From Macrostomum lignano (taxonomy: Eukaryota): 64,000 nt of DNA. The translations under genes were made by a program, and so were the position numbers. Shown here one piece after another: positions 10,901-20,444 of this stretch. The stretch covers positions 62,001 through 126,000 of the forward strand of contig NIVC01001151.1 of the NCBI GenBank assembly GCA_002269645.1, given 5' to 3'. The notes under the pieces were generated by a model, which was given only the letters and a program-made list of their open reading frames with translations, was not told the DNA's origin and searched no databases. Within the stretch, counting starts at the first letter, position 1, and every line of letters starts with the position of its first letter.

Positions 10901-12384
10901 CATAGGCACACAACCGGCGAGAGGCATTACTGCCCATTCCGCCGACTCCCCTGAGCAGGCATACAAGCTCGCGGATACGTACGCAGGCACACACTCACAC
11001 AGGAGTGTACAGCGGCCCTAACTTTATTTTATTGTTAGGCATGTACACTTCACTGCGCCTTGGGGGGTTGGCTCTCAAGGCCGTTAATTGCACGAGCAGA
11101 GCCAAGCCGAGATTCCAATTCAGCCCCAAATTAATGTGACTGCACTTGGAATCGAACCTGGGTCGCTGGCACACCAGAGCAGCTGCGCTACCGCTGGGCT
11201 ACGGCCCCCCTCTGCAGGTATTTACTTGGTGGATGAAGTTTTTATCATTCGAAAATAAATTTCCAAGAAAATACAGTTACATTCATTTTGCTAGCAGAAC
11301 AGTATCTCAAAGGGTGAAATGAGTTAATTTAAATCAGGATTATTTTCTTTCAATTTATTATTTTCTTAAATTTATTTTAGAGGTCGTGAAAAGCATGGAT
11401 TGTGATCAAATGCTACACGCCCTTAGGCGTTTTGTTGCTCGAAGAGGGATACCATCTGTAGTCAGTGACAACGCGCACGCACCTTTCGAGCCGGAGCTAA
11501 ATTAATTGGTGCGCAAATTTCCGAAGACTTGCAGGCGTTTTGTTCATCAAGGAAAATCAGCTGGCATTTCGTTCCTGAGCGAGCCCCGTGGTGGGGAGGT
11601 TTCTGGGAGAGGCTCATTGGATTAGTGAAGATGTCACTTAAAAAAGCAGCAAAACGTCAACTCCTAGACTTTGATCAGTTTGTGACTCTGGTGCTTGAGA
11701 CCGAAGCAGTGGTGAACTGTATGTGTCATCTGATGACAGCACCGGAGTGATCACACCGTCGCACTTTATTGCAGCGGGACGACTCACTCAAGAATCTGGC
11801 GGGGCTGAGAATGATGGTGAGTCGTTGCTGCCACTTCCAAGAAGATTAAAGATGCTCAGAGCTGCGCTAGATTGGTTTTGGCACCAGTGGAAAACAGCCT
11901 ATCTTCAGGCGCTTCGTGTGGCCGTTCGGCGGTCGTCCGAGTGTCGGGTGCTGGGAATTCCCGGCGCTGGGAGCGGGTGAGGAGACCAGTTCAAGCTTTG
12001 GTGCCGCTAGAGATTCAGTCTTAAGTCATTTTTCCGTTCGCTGTTCAACTCGTTTTTTTGCGCTTGGCTTCGGCTACTGAATTTTCAACTTTGGTCGCTA
12101 TATCGATAGTCTGTTTGGTTGATTTGGTTGATTATGCTAAAATGCGTTGTTTTTTCTGCGTTTGCGTTTTGCGTTTTTTTGAGTTTTGCAATTCTCATCA
12201 TTTTTCCGGTAATTGGGTTCATTTTCCATCCCGCTTTCGAATTGACATTTTATAGTAAATTCCAGAATTTCACCATTAGCCGACCGTCATGTCCCCAAAT
12301 TGGAAATTCTACAATTTAATAGGTGAACTCGGTGAACTCTTTCCTGCATCCAAACAAGAAATCTCCCCACAAACCCCAACATAG
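8000..12384 (+). CDS. Dual-specificity phosphatase, DUSP12/YVH1-like; exons 8000-8265, 10264-10377, 10448-10605 and tentative last exon 12323-12384
   Basis: MDQVIPGLWLGG start. Splicing (TG|T) rebuilds the catalytic loop HCRVGVSRS, followed by IAYLM and PNDGFVEQLRLFEQMG as in DUSP12. Intron phases are consistent (2,2,1). The last exon is tentative. Confidence 0.8.
8412..9063. mobile_element. Non-autonomous hAT-like MITE carrying an internal 21-bp tandem array
   Basis: 14-bp TIR CAGGGGCGTCGCCA / TGGCGACGCCCCTG. Flanks ATTAAACC / ATGAAACC (7 of 8 match). Internal (AAAATGAGTGCCTGCAGCACC)n at ~8565-8960. Confidence 0.85.
9508..10135. mobile_element. MITE with ~170-bp TIRs (CAAGG-terminated family, copy 1)
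   Basis: Ends CAAGGGCTACTCAAGTAGAAG / CTTCTACTTAAGTAGTCCTTG. Internal sequence is homologous to 39710-40380. No clear TSD on this copy. Confidence 0.8.
10847..11210 (-). mobile_element. tRNA-derived SINE (~364 bp)
   Basis: Minus-strand head GGGGCCGTAGCCCAGCGGTAG has A box TAGCCCAGCGG and B box GGTTCGATTCC. A-rich 3' end AATAAAAAATAAG. Flanked by direct repeat TCTGCAGGTA (10837-10846 and 11211-11220). Confidence 0.8.
11378..12025 (+). pseudogene. BEL/Pao LTR-retrotransposon integrase 3' fragment
   Basis: ALRRFVARRG..SDNA, W.FVPERAPWWGGFWERLIGLVK, PSHF, FWHQWKTAYLQALR and terminal RPVQALVPLE motifs, disrupted by frameshifts. No LTRs seen. Confidence 0.85.
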
Positions 12385-14078
12385 GTAGAAATCTCCCCAC
12401 AAATCCCGATACATGTAGAAATCTCCCCCCCACAAATCCCAACACAGGTAGAAATCTCCCCCACAAATCCCGACACAGGTAGAAATCTCTCCCACAAATC
12501 CCGACACAGGTAGAAATCTCCCCTCCCACAAATCCCAACACAGGTAGAAATCTCCCCCACAAATCCCGACACAGGTAGAAATCTCCCCCCCCCACAAATC
12601 CCAACACAGGTAGAAATCTCCCCCACAAATCCCGATACAGGTAGAATCTCCCCCCACAAATCCCGATACAGATAGAAATCTCCCTTACAAATCCCGACAC
12701 AGGTAGAAATCTCCCCCCCACAAATCCCAACACAGGTAGAAATCTCCCCCACAAATCCCGACACAGGTAGAAATCTCTCCCACAAATCCCGACACAGGTA
12801 GAAATCTCCCCTCCCACAAATCCCAACACAGGTAGAAATCTCCCCCACAAATCCCGACACAGGTAGAAATCTTCCCCCCACAAATTCCAACACAGGTAGA
12901 AATCTCCCCCACAAATCCCGATACAGGTAGAATCTCCCCCCACAAATCCCGATACAGATAGAAATCTCCCCCACAAATCCCGACACAGGTAGAAATCTCC
13001 CCCCCACAAATCCCAACACAGGTAGAAATCTCCCCCACAAATCCCGACACAGGTAGAAATCTCCCCCACAAATCCCGATACAGGTAGAATCTCCCCCCCA
13101 CAAATCCCGATACAGGTAGAAATCTCTCCCACAAATCCCGAAACAGGTAGAAATCTCCCCCCCCACAAATCCCGATACAGGTAGAAATCTCTCCCACAAA
13201 TCCCGATACAGATAGAAATCTCCCCCCGCAAATCCCGATACAGATAGAAATCTCTCCCGCAAATCCCGATACAGATAGAAATCTCCCCCACAAATCCCGA
13301 CACAGGTAGAAATCTCCCCCACAAATCCCGACACAGGTAGAAATCTCCCCCCCCCACAAATCCCAACACAGGTAGAAATCTCCCCCACAAATCCCGACAC
13401 AGGTAGAAATCTCCCCCACAAGTCCCGACACAGGTAGAAATCTCTCCCACAAATCCCGACACAGGTAGAAATCTCCCCCCACAAATCCCAACACAGGTAG
13501 AAATCCCCCCACAAATCCCAACACAGGTAGAAATCTCCTCCACAAATCCCGATACAGGTGGAATCTCCCCCCCCACAAATCCCGACACAGGTAGAAATCT
13601 CTCCCACAAATCCCGACACAGGTAGAAATCTCCACCACAAATCCCGATACAGGTAGAATCTCCCCCCCCCACAAATCCCGATACAGGTAGAAATCTCTCC
13701 CGCAAATCCCGATACAGATAGAAATCTCCCCCACAAATCCCGACACAGGTAGAAATCTCCCCCCCCACAAATCCCGATACAGGTAGAAATCTCTCCCAGA
13801 AATCCCGATACAGGTAGAAATCTCTCAGAAATCCCGACACAGGTAGAAATCTCTCCCACAAATCCCGATACAGGTAGAAATCTCTCCCACAAATCCCGAT
13901 ACAGGTAGAATCTCCCCCCCACAAATCCCGACACAGGTAGAAATCTCTCAGAAATCCCGATACAGGTAGAAATCTCACCCACAAATCCCGATACAGGTAG
14001 AAATCTCTCCCACAAATCCCGATACAGGTAGAAATCTCCCCCCCACAAATCCCGATACAGGTAGAAATCTCTCCCACA
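12355..14078. repeat. ~31-bp minisatellite (ACAAATCCCGAYACAGGTAGAAATCTCCCC)n, left portion
   Basis: About 55 units with variable C-run length. The array continues in the same orientation after the Polinton. Confidence 0.97.
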
Positions 14079-14860
14079 AGTAGAAGGCAGGAGGGGGCTT
14101 CTGGGACAAAATTTTTCACCTCCTCCATAATCCACCTAAATCCATCCATATTATCCCTGACAGAATCAGAAAAAAAGGGGGGTCGCACTCGCTCCCTAAA
14201 CGTCCTCCATAATCCACCTAAATCCATCTATATTATCCCTGACAGAATCTTGAAAAAGGGGAGGGGTCGCACTTGCTCCGAAAACTTCGAACATAATCCT
14301 ATTAAATCCATCCATATTATCCCTGACAGAATCAGAGCATTATCCCTGACAGAATCAGAGCATAACAGTAGGACACCTGTTATGCTCACTGACACCGACA
14401 TCCACCCATAGCATCTTCGAAACAATCAGAAAAAAATCTACATTCTTCTCCCCATGGGGCCCACATTCAATTTGCAACACGAAACCAGATCCCTAAAACT
14501 TTAAATCCCCTAACCCAGGGTCCTTACCCTTTGAAAAAAATAAATTTTCAAAAAAAATGTTTCCAGTTGTCTCTCCGGGTTCTTATTACAAAGCGCACGA
14601 GCCTAATTACAAATCCAAGTACCGATGCAAACTTGAATGCAGCGAGTACATGAGAAAATATTGGCCTGGCGTTGATATCAATGTCCCTAATATTAATCTA
14701 GCTCTCCAACGACACTGGTTTCTTAAGTATGGAATAACCTACGTAAAAGATTACGACAGCTACTATAACTTTGCAGAAATCATTAGGCAATTGTGATTTC
14801 TTACATTCTCTCAATGATTAACGTCAATACAAACTCTTCACCGTTGAAATCAACACCCAC
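14079..14860 (+). repeat. Polinton left terminal inverted repeat
   Basis: Reverse-complement match to 27893-28741. Homology ends at ...CAACACCCAC, inside the penton 3' end. Confidence 0.9.
14557..14796 (+). CDS. 79-aa Tyr-rich hypothetical protein inside the left TIR
   Basis: ATG in AAAAAAATG context, open frame, intact paralog in the right TIR. Confidence 0.6.
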   Translation: MFPVVSPGSYYKAHEPNYKSKYRCKLECSEYMRKYWPGVDINVPNINLALQRHWFLKYGITYVKDYDSYYNFAEIIRQL

Positions 14861-15665
14861 CCCATCTTCAGTCTCAAACTGTAGCACAATCTCGTGAATC
14901 TCCTTATTACTCAATACAACTCTTTTCACTGGATTTGGTTTCTCTACCACCATCTGTCCTCCAGCTACAGAGTTGGAGATGTTGTACAAAATATTCGTTC
15001 GCTTTCCCTTAAATACCCAATCAAGACTGAGATTAGTTCTGATTAGAATATTCAAACCCTTTACAATGTCTGCAATGTTGGGTGCTAAGAACAAACCGCT
15101 TACACTTTCCCGGACCATTCTAACAGTCCCCGATGCTTGAGTGGCGGTCTGCGCAGCGGATTCTGCCTTATAAACTTTCTTCTCGAATCCCAATTCCCTA
15201 TACCAAGTGTCATCTTTAAACTCAACCTCCGCATCTTTGTGAACTTGCATGACCACTCTCATTACAGTGAGATCATAGGTTAGTTTGACAGGGAACAGTT
15301 TCTTCTCTGGCTTACTCGCATCAGGTGTCTCAAAATGGCCTCTTTTAGTAAAGACGTTTTCTAGAAAGTTATTGTAGGTATCCACACTTTGCGTGCTCAC
15401 ATGGAATACCACAGGGTCTGCTGCTGCACCTTTCCATTTGTAATAAAACTTATTATTTGCTGCCATCACATTGGGAACGTTTGACCAACCATGTGAAGTC
15501 GTTAAGATAGACATGGTAATTAGCGCCTGGATCCAGGCGAATCGCCTGCTCTAATTTTTCAACAAATATCCCGTTTGAGTCATTAATTCGCCCGGTTATT
15601 GTAATAGGAATGCTCTCCTTAGAGTGTGAAACAATGTTGTTTAGTCTTTCGGCTATGGCTTCCAT
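14801..15665 (-). pseudogene. Polinton minor capsid (penton) protein, +1 frameshift near 15490
   Basis: Joining IRLDPGANYHVYLNDFT with GWSNVPNV..NNKFYY needs removal of one T. The C-terminus I.EIVLQFETEDG.GVDFNGEEFVLTLII resembles Polinton penton proteins, and the gene is adjacent to the MCP. Confidence 0.75.
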
Positions 15666-15688
15666 TTTTTTTCACCCACAAAAAATAT

Positions 15689-16975
15689 TTAAACTTTACT
15701 GGATGAATTGTTGATCATGTTAAGCTTCACCTTCCTCTCAAATGCATAGACAATGTACAGGTCCACGGGTGTTGCGGCAGTCCTTTCAATGTTAGTCACG
15801 ATATTCACAGGGCTGTTATCAGTGGGCATTTGTCTGGCAGACACATCAGCGCCAAACATTGGATATAGAGTTCCATATTGAAGAGCAGTGATAGCAATTC
15901 CATTGTTCTCTTTCACAGCCAAGTCGACCAACTCGCTGTAAAATTTGCTAATCTTGTTCTGACTGAAATTTCCATTTTGTGGCAGTGCAGGGTAAAGATT
16001 ATCACTGATTTCATGCTGAATGGACCGCACGTCTCCATGCATGTAGCGTATAATGCTATTTGGGTTTCTCATGTTAATAATAATATACCGTGGATTGCTG
16101 CATGATCCCTCTTTAATGCAGATGTTTGTTCTAGTTTCGTTTCGCTCATCTCGACACATGTAGGCTGTGTATGCAACATCAATGTCCTTCTCTATTGCCT
16201 TAAGATAGTCTGCTTTTAGTGCGGTCTTTGGCTCAATGACTTCCAAATACAGCTCGATTCCGGTTAGCTTCACATCCATCCTAGTGTGATCCGCCCCAGT
16301 CCACAACGCTCTACTGCGATCATCTCTAGTCATCTTAAAAGTGTAGCTAAAGTTACTAGTCAGTCGATTAAATGTATTACAGAATCCACTCATGAATCTT
16401 AGTGGTACAAATACATCAACAGACCGATACAGCGGGTTCTTAGCAGCATCATCAGCACCTTGCAATGCATAGTTGTATCTCTTCTTCCTCTTTTTATAGC
16501 CACTGTCATTGGTGTCTCCTTCTTTTTCATCTGCAATAAAACCCGCACCACTTCCCAACTGAATAAAATCAGGATTCTCAATCAAACAATGAGCGTCATA
16601 GACAATTCCAAAGTTGGCGATTCGCTCCAACTCTGTGCTCCCATTCGATACACTAAACTCCTTGAACATGTACGCCCAAAAGTTACTGATCAGAGCCACA
16701 TCCGCATCATGCTTGTCAACGTTAGCACGAGCCGCATCCGCACCACCTTTTGTCTTGAATTGAAATGTCATATGGAATCCGCTCTTAAGACTGTGCACAC
16801 TAACCAAAGACGAACATCCATTGTATGTAAATGTCAGTGTTTGACCTGGACCCAAATTAGTTTCATTCTGATTTTCCTGACTGGGAACTCTTACCTGAGT
16901 CGCTTTGATTGTGCTATCATCACTCAAAATAGGCTTGTTAATTTTGTAGAAAACTGGTGTCAGTGGGTCGTTCGT
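15689..16975 (-). CDS. Polinton double-jelly-roll major capsid protein (428 codons, ACG at the expected start)
   Basis: Motifs D.STI, N...YMFK..S...G..ELE, GYKKR and FVPLRFMSGFC resemble Polinton MCP, and the size fits. The frame is open from AAAAA-ACG (16975) to TAA. Confidence 0.8.
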   Translation of the reverse strand, partial: TNDPLTPVFYKINKPILSDDSTIKATQVRVPSQENQNETNLGPGQTLTFTYNGCSSLVSVHSLKSGFHMTFQFKTKGGADAARANVDKHDADVALISNFWAYMFKEFSVSNGSTELERIANFGIVYDAHCLIENPDFIQLGSGAGFIADEKEGDTNDSGYKKRKKRYNYALQGADDAAKNPLYRSVDVFVPLRFMSGFCNTFNRLTSNFSYTFKMTRDDRSRALWTGADHTRMDVKLTGIELYLEVIEPKTALKADYLKAIEKDIDVAYTAYMCRDERNETRTNICIKEGSCSNPRYIIINMRNPNSIIRYMHGDVRSIQHEISDNLYPALPQNGNFSQNKISKFYSELVDLAVKENNGIAITALQYGTLYPMFGADVSARQMPTDNSPVNIVTNIERTAATPVDLYIVYAFERKVKLNMINNSSSKV

Positions 16976-17005
16976 TTTTTAACTAAAAATAAAATAAAAT
17001 AAGAA

Positions 17006-18217
17006 ATGAAGCGGAAAAGTAAACAGCAGATATCTGAATTGGAGAAGCTAGCACAAGCAGAGAAACGAGTTACCGGGCTAATAAATAAGGAGCAACAATC
17101 CTACAATGAGTTTGTCCAAGCAGCCACAGAGTTTCATAAGCCTGGGTATGGAGAAGCTAAGAAAAATATTGATCAGGTCAAAGAAACTATCGACGACATA
17201 CAGGAAACCCAAGTGCAAAAGGTTTTGGGCAAAATTCCAGAAGCACCACAGATACAGCCGCAACCACAACAACCACAACCACAACAACCACAACCACATC
17301 AATCACAACTAAAAGTGACAGATAACATTTTTGGACCAGTAGAGCGTGTCGAACATGATGGGAAATATGTATTTGGAATAAGTATGTGGAGAAAAAACAT
17401 TTATAATGAACCAGTGGAATATTATATCGACATAAATAAGAAACATATTTCTGTTGTCAAAGGCTCGGAAACTAAGAGCATTCCTTTCACAGAAACTTTA
17501 CTGACTTTTATGACCAAGAACCAAGAGAGAATCTCGGACAAACAGCTAAAGAACTACAAAGATCTAGTGACTTTTTCTCTTGCTAGAGATATAGAAATAC
17601 TAAAGGTCCCAGAAGTTCTGAAACACATGTACGATAGCGGTGTCAACCTGACTAAATTCAAAAAGTACAAGCACATCAAAGTATGGTTCGGTTTGCCAGA
17701 TCAGGGGGAAGTCATTGATCAGATGAAATATCTAGAACAACAACAGCAACCGCCACAACAGCAGCAACATTCCACAGAAGAACAAGTACTTAGTCAACTC
17801 GAGCAGTTAGACCCTTTGAAAGTAGCTGAATATAAAAATGATCACCCAGATGCCTGGCAACACTTAGAACAACACTCTCCAGATCGAATGAACAGAATCA
17901 AGCAAAGAGTTTTCACACCTCAACAAAGACAGGCACCACATGACAGTTCCATCTCTGAAAGTGAGCAGTCTTTTGCATCACCTCCCCAGCAGCTACAAGC
18001 CCAACCAACTCCACAACCTCAAGACCAACCACCCTCAACTGGAAAAGGCATGCCTGAATTCTACAAGCGGTTAGCTGTTCTTCTAGGAGCGGCAAAGACC
18101 GGAATGAAAGACGAGAATAGAAAAGAATTTGTCAACATCCTCAATAAAATGCTTGAGAGAAAATACATCGATAAGAGGGCGAGAGAGCTTCTGCTTTCGC
18201 GGTTCAACAAAAAATAA
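17006..18217 (+). CDS. 403-aa Gln/Pro-rich Polinton hypothetical protein
   Basis: Intact ORF. The C-terminal RLAVLLGAAKTG...EFVNILNKML resembles, from recall, a motif ending a conserved Polinton unknown protein. Confidence 0.7.
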   Translation: MKRKSKQQISELEKLAQAEKRVTGLINKEQQSYNEFVQAATEFHKPGYGEAKKNIDQVKETIDDIQETQVQKVLGKIPEAPQIQPQPQQPQPQQPQPHQSQLKVTDNIFGPVERVEHDGKYVFGISMWRKNIYNEPVEYYIDINKKHISVVKGSETKSIPFTETLLTFMTKNQERISDKQLKNYKDLVTFSLARDIEILKVPEVLKHMYDSGVNLTKFKKYKHIKVWFGLPDQGEVIDQMKYLEQQQQPPQQQQHSTEEQVLSQLEQLDPLKVAEYKNDHPDAWQHLEQHSPDRMNRIKQRVFTPQQRQAPHDSSISESEQSFASPPQQLQAQPTPQPQDQPPSTGKGMPEFYKRLAVLLGAAKTGMKDENRKEFVNILNKMLERKYIDKRARELLLSRFNKK

Positions 18218-18233
18218 ATTTCTATTTAAAAAG

Positions 18234-18614
18234 ATGCCAATTATTTTCGAAAAAGACATTGACAAATACTATGACAAAGAGGAACTTAATCTCATTAAAC
18301 GCGGATCTGGACTTTTCCCTGCAGGCCACTATCCAAGAAAAGAACGCTCTGGGAATGGCCTTGCCGATTTGATCGCTCAGGGGGCCAAGATTTTTAAGGT
18401 CATTGGAGAGAACAAAGAGAACATCAAGAACGTTGCCGAAGCGGCCGGTAGTGTAGCCACAGCAGCCAAAAAGATAAAGGATACGGTTCATGAAACCCGG
18501 AAATCAATACCAGATATTCAACCCCTTGCACCGAGTGCAGATAGTGTCGATCCAGCCATCTACGCAAAGATGAGAGCTGAATATAAGAAAGGAGGCGGTT
18601 TTAAATTTGACTAA
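18234..18614 (+). CDS. 126-aa putative protease-processed virion protein
   Basis: Intact ORF with KRGSG-LF, RSGNG-LADL and KKGGG-F motifs and an amphipathic stretch after GNG. Confidence 0.65.
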   Translation: MPIIFEKDIDKYYDKEELNLIKRGSGLFPAGHYPRKERSGNGLADLIAQGAKIFKVIGENKENIKNVAEAAGSVATAAKKIKDTVHETRKSIPDIQPLAPSADSVDPAIYAKMRAEYKKGGGFKFD

Positions 18615-18811
18615 TTTGGTGCACCCTGACGGTAAAAGAGGTCTGAGGGTGTAGGACTAGTCGGATGTAGGACTAGTCGAAAAAAGACACACACATCCCG
18701 AAAAAAGACACACACTTCCCGCAAAGAGACACACACATACACATCCCGAAAAAAAGACACACGCGTCTTAAATACACAAGTTTAAAAAGAAAAAGTTTTT
18801 TTACATAAAAA

Positions 18812-19612
18812 ATGGACTTCACAAACGACTTTCATCCCCACTGGACACGCAATCAGATAAAATTTGCTCACAACGAGATAATTCCAGGGCACTTCCGATG
18901 CATTGTTGTTGGCTCATCTGGGTCAGGGAAAACCTTCAGAGTTTTTAACATGCTCCTCAGACCTGGATTCCTCGATTATGACACACTACATATCTATTCA
19001 CCCACTCTGTATCAAGATGAGTATAAAATGCTAGTAGCGGGCCTACAGAACAAACTCAACAAGGAAGATATTATTCAATGTTTTAGACATCAAAAAGACC
19101 TCAACAGCAACCCGGAAGTTGTAGCCACTGAATACGCATAGCACATCCCAGACAATGAAAAATGGCAAAGCATTAAAGTTTTCACTTATGGAGATCCACA
19201 GATAGATCCTAAAACTAAACTCTTACCTCAACCTGATGAACTAGAAAAGGGGAGAAAGCACCTGATTGTCTTTGATGACTGCATGACAGGTCCCCAGAAA
19301 CAGATAGAAAATTATTTCACCCGGGGTAGACACAATAACTGCAATGTTATTTACATTGCCCAAAACTGGTTTGAACTGCCAAATAAAACAATTAGAGGTA
19401 ACTGTAATTTGATTCTCCTTTTCCCAACCATACCACAGGATCGACTGAAACGATTTTATAATGAGGTCATTGCCCCAGCTCACATTACATATCCAGCTAA
19501 GAACTCTAACAGAACAATATCACAGGAGGAATTTGTTAACATATGCTATGAAAAGTGGAACCAACCCTATCAGTTTGTCATGATTAATAAGGAGAAAAGA
19601 ATTTTACTTTAA
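18812..19612 (+). pseudogene. FtsK/A32-like packaging ATPase with an in-frame TAG at 19139-19141
   Basis: Walker A GSSGSGKT, Walker B LIVFDDC and RGRHNNCNVIYIAQ. The two ORF pieces are in one frame, split by a single stop. Confidence 0.93.
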
Positions 19613-19628
19613 TTTTTCATTTAAAAAA

Positions 19629-20417
19629 ATGTCTATTAATTTTGCAGGTGAGTCAACTACAGGCAACAGCACTCTCACAACTTCCTTCCTTGACAAGCGC
19701 TACATTAACACTGATGAAGAGATCCCAGAGATCAAACTGAATAAAAACAGACTGAAAGCCCTAGAGCGCTCCATGCACCAGTTGCAAATAAACATGGAAG
19801 ATCTCAGGCTTAAAGTAGCTAGACAGAAGTTTGACAGTGATAAGCTTTATGTGCCGTTGTTAAACGCAACTAATGAACTAAGGTCAGAAATAACTTCGAT
19901 AGTCTCGCTAATCAACAGCTTAAGATCGACAATTAATCTTCTGAGAAACTCCATTGATAGACGGATGCGTATTCTTGAAGGAGGAGTTTTCACAAACACA
20001 GCTAAAGTAAATAATTTAGAAGAGTTCATGACTCGGTCAACAGCGTTGCATGATAGAATTAAAGAAAACGTCGCAACCAACACAGGTAAAGTGAGGAATT
20101 TAGAAGAGTTCATGACTCAGTCAACAGCGTTGCATGATCGAATCAAAGAAAGACTTGAAGCATTAAAGAGAAAGGATGTATCACACAGTAGCTATCTAAA
20201 CGGAATGTATAGCTCTTGGGGTAAAATAATAAGGAGGCTTGATCGTCTGGAGAGAACACTCAATCTTCGTGATATTGCTATTGATGAAGCAGAATCTACT
20301 GCTCGTCTGGTCATGTCTACAGATGAAATTATCAAATTTCATCAAAATCAAATCAAATCAAAAGAAAACAGATCTTTTTTTCAAAACAATAGATCTTCAA
20401 ACCGGATAGTTTTATAA
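19629..20417 (+). CDS. 262-aa coiled-coil hypothetical protein
   Basis: Intact ORF with Leu/Ile heptads and an internal duplication of NT.KV.NLEEFMT.STALHDRIKE. Confidence 0.65.
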   Translation: MSINFAGESTTGNSTLTTSFLDKRYINTDEEIPEIKLNKNRLKALERSMHQLQINMEDLRLKVARQKFDSDKLYVPLLNATNELRSEITSIVSLINSLRSTINLLRNSIDRRMRILEGGVFTNTAKVNNLEEFMTRSTALHDRIKENVATNTGKVRNLEEFMTQSTALHDRIKERLEALKRKDVSHSSYLNGMYSSWGKIIRRLDRLERTLNLRDIAIDEAESTARLVMSTDEIIKFHQNQIKSKENRSFFQNNRSSNRIVL

Positions 20418-20444
20418 TTTTTTATTTTTTCTACGGAAAAAGAA

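Noticed and set aside
11135-11210. tRNA gene
   Set aside because: A and B boxes are present, but the acceptor stem does not close convincingly and the sequence continues into a TSD-flanked body with an A-rich tail, so it is called a SINE.
12287-14227. Long ORFs (646, 608 and 361 aa) on the minus strand
   Set aside because: Translations of the 31-bp minisatellite in several frames, with no unique coding content.
16460-17002. 180-aa plus-strand ORF
   Set aside because: Antisense shadow of the MCP gene with no recognisable motifs.
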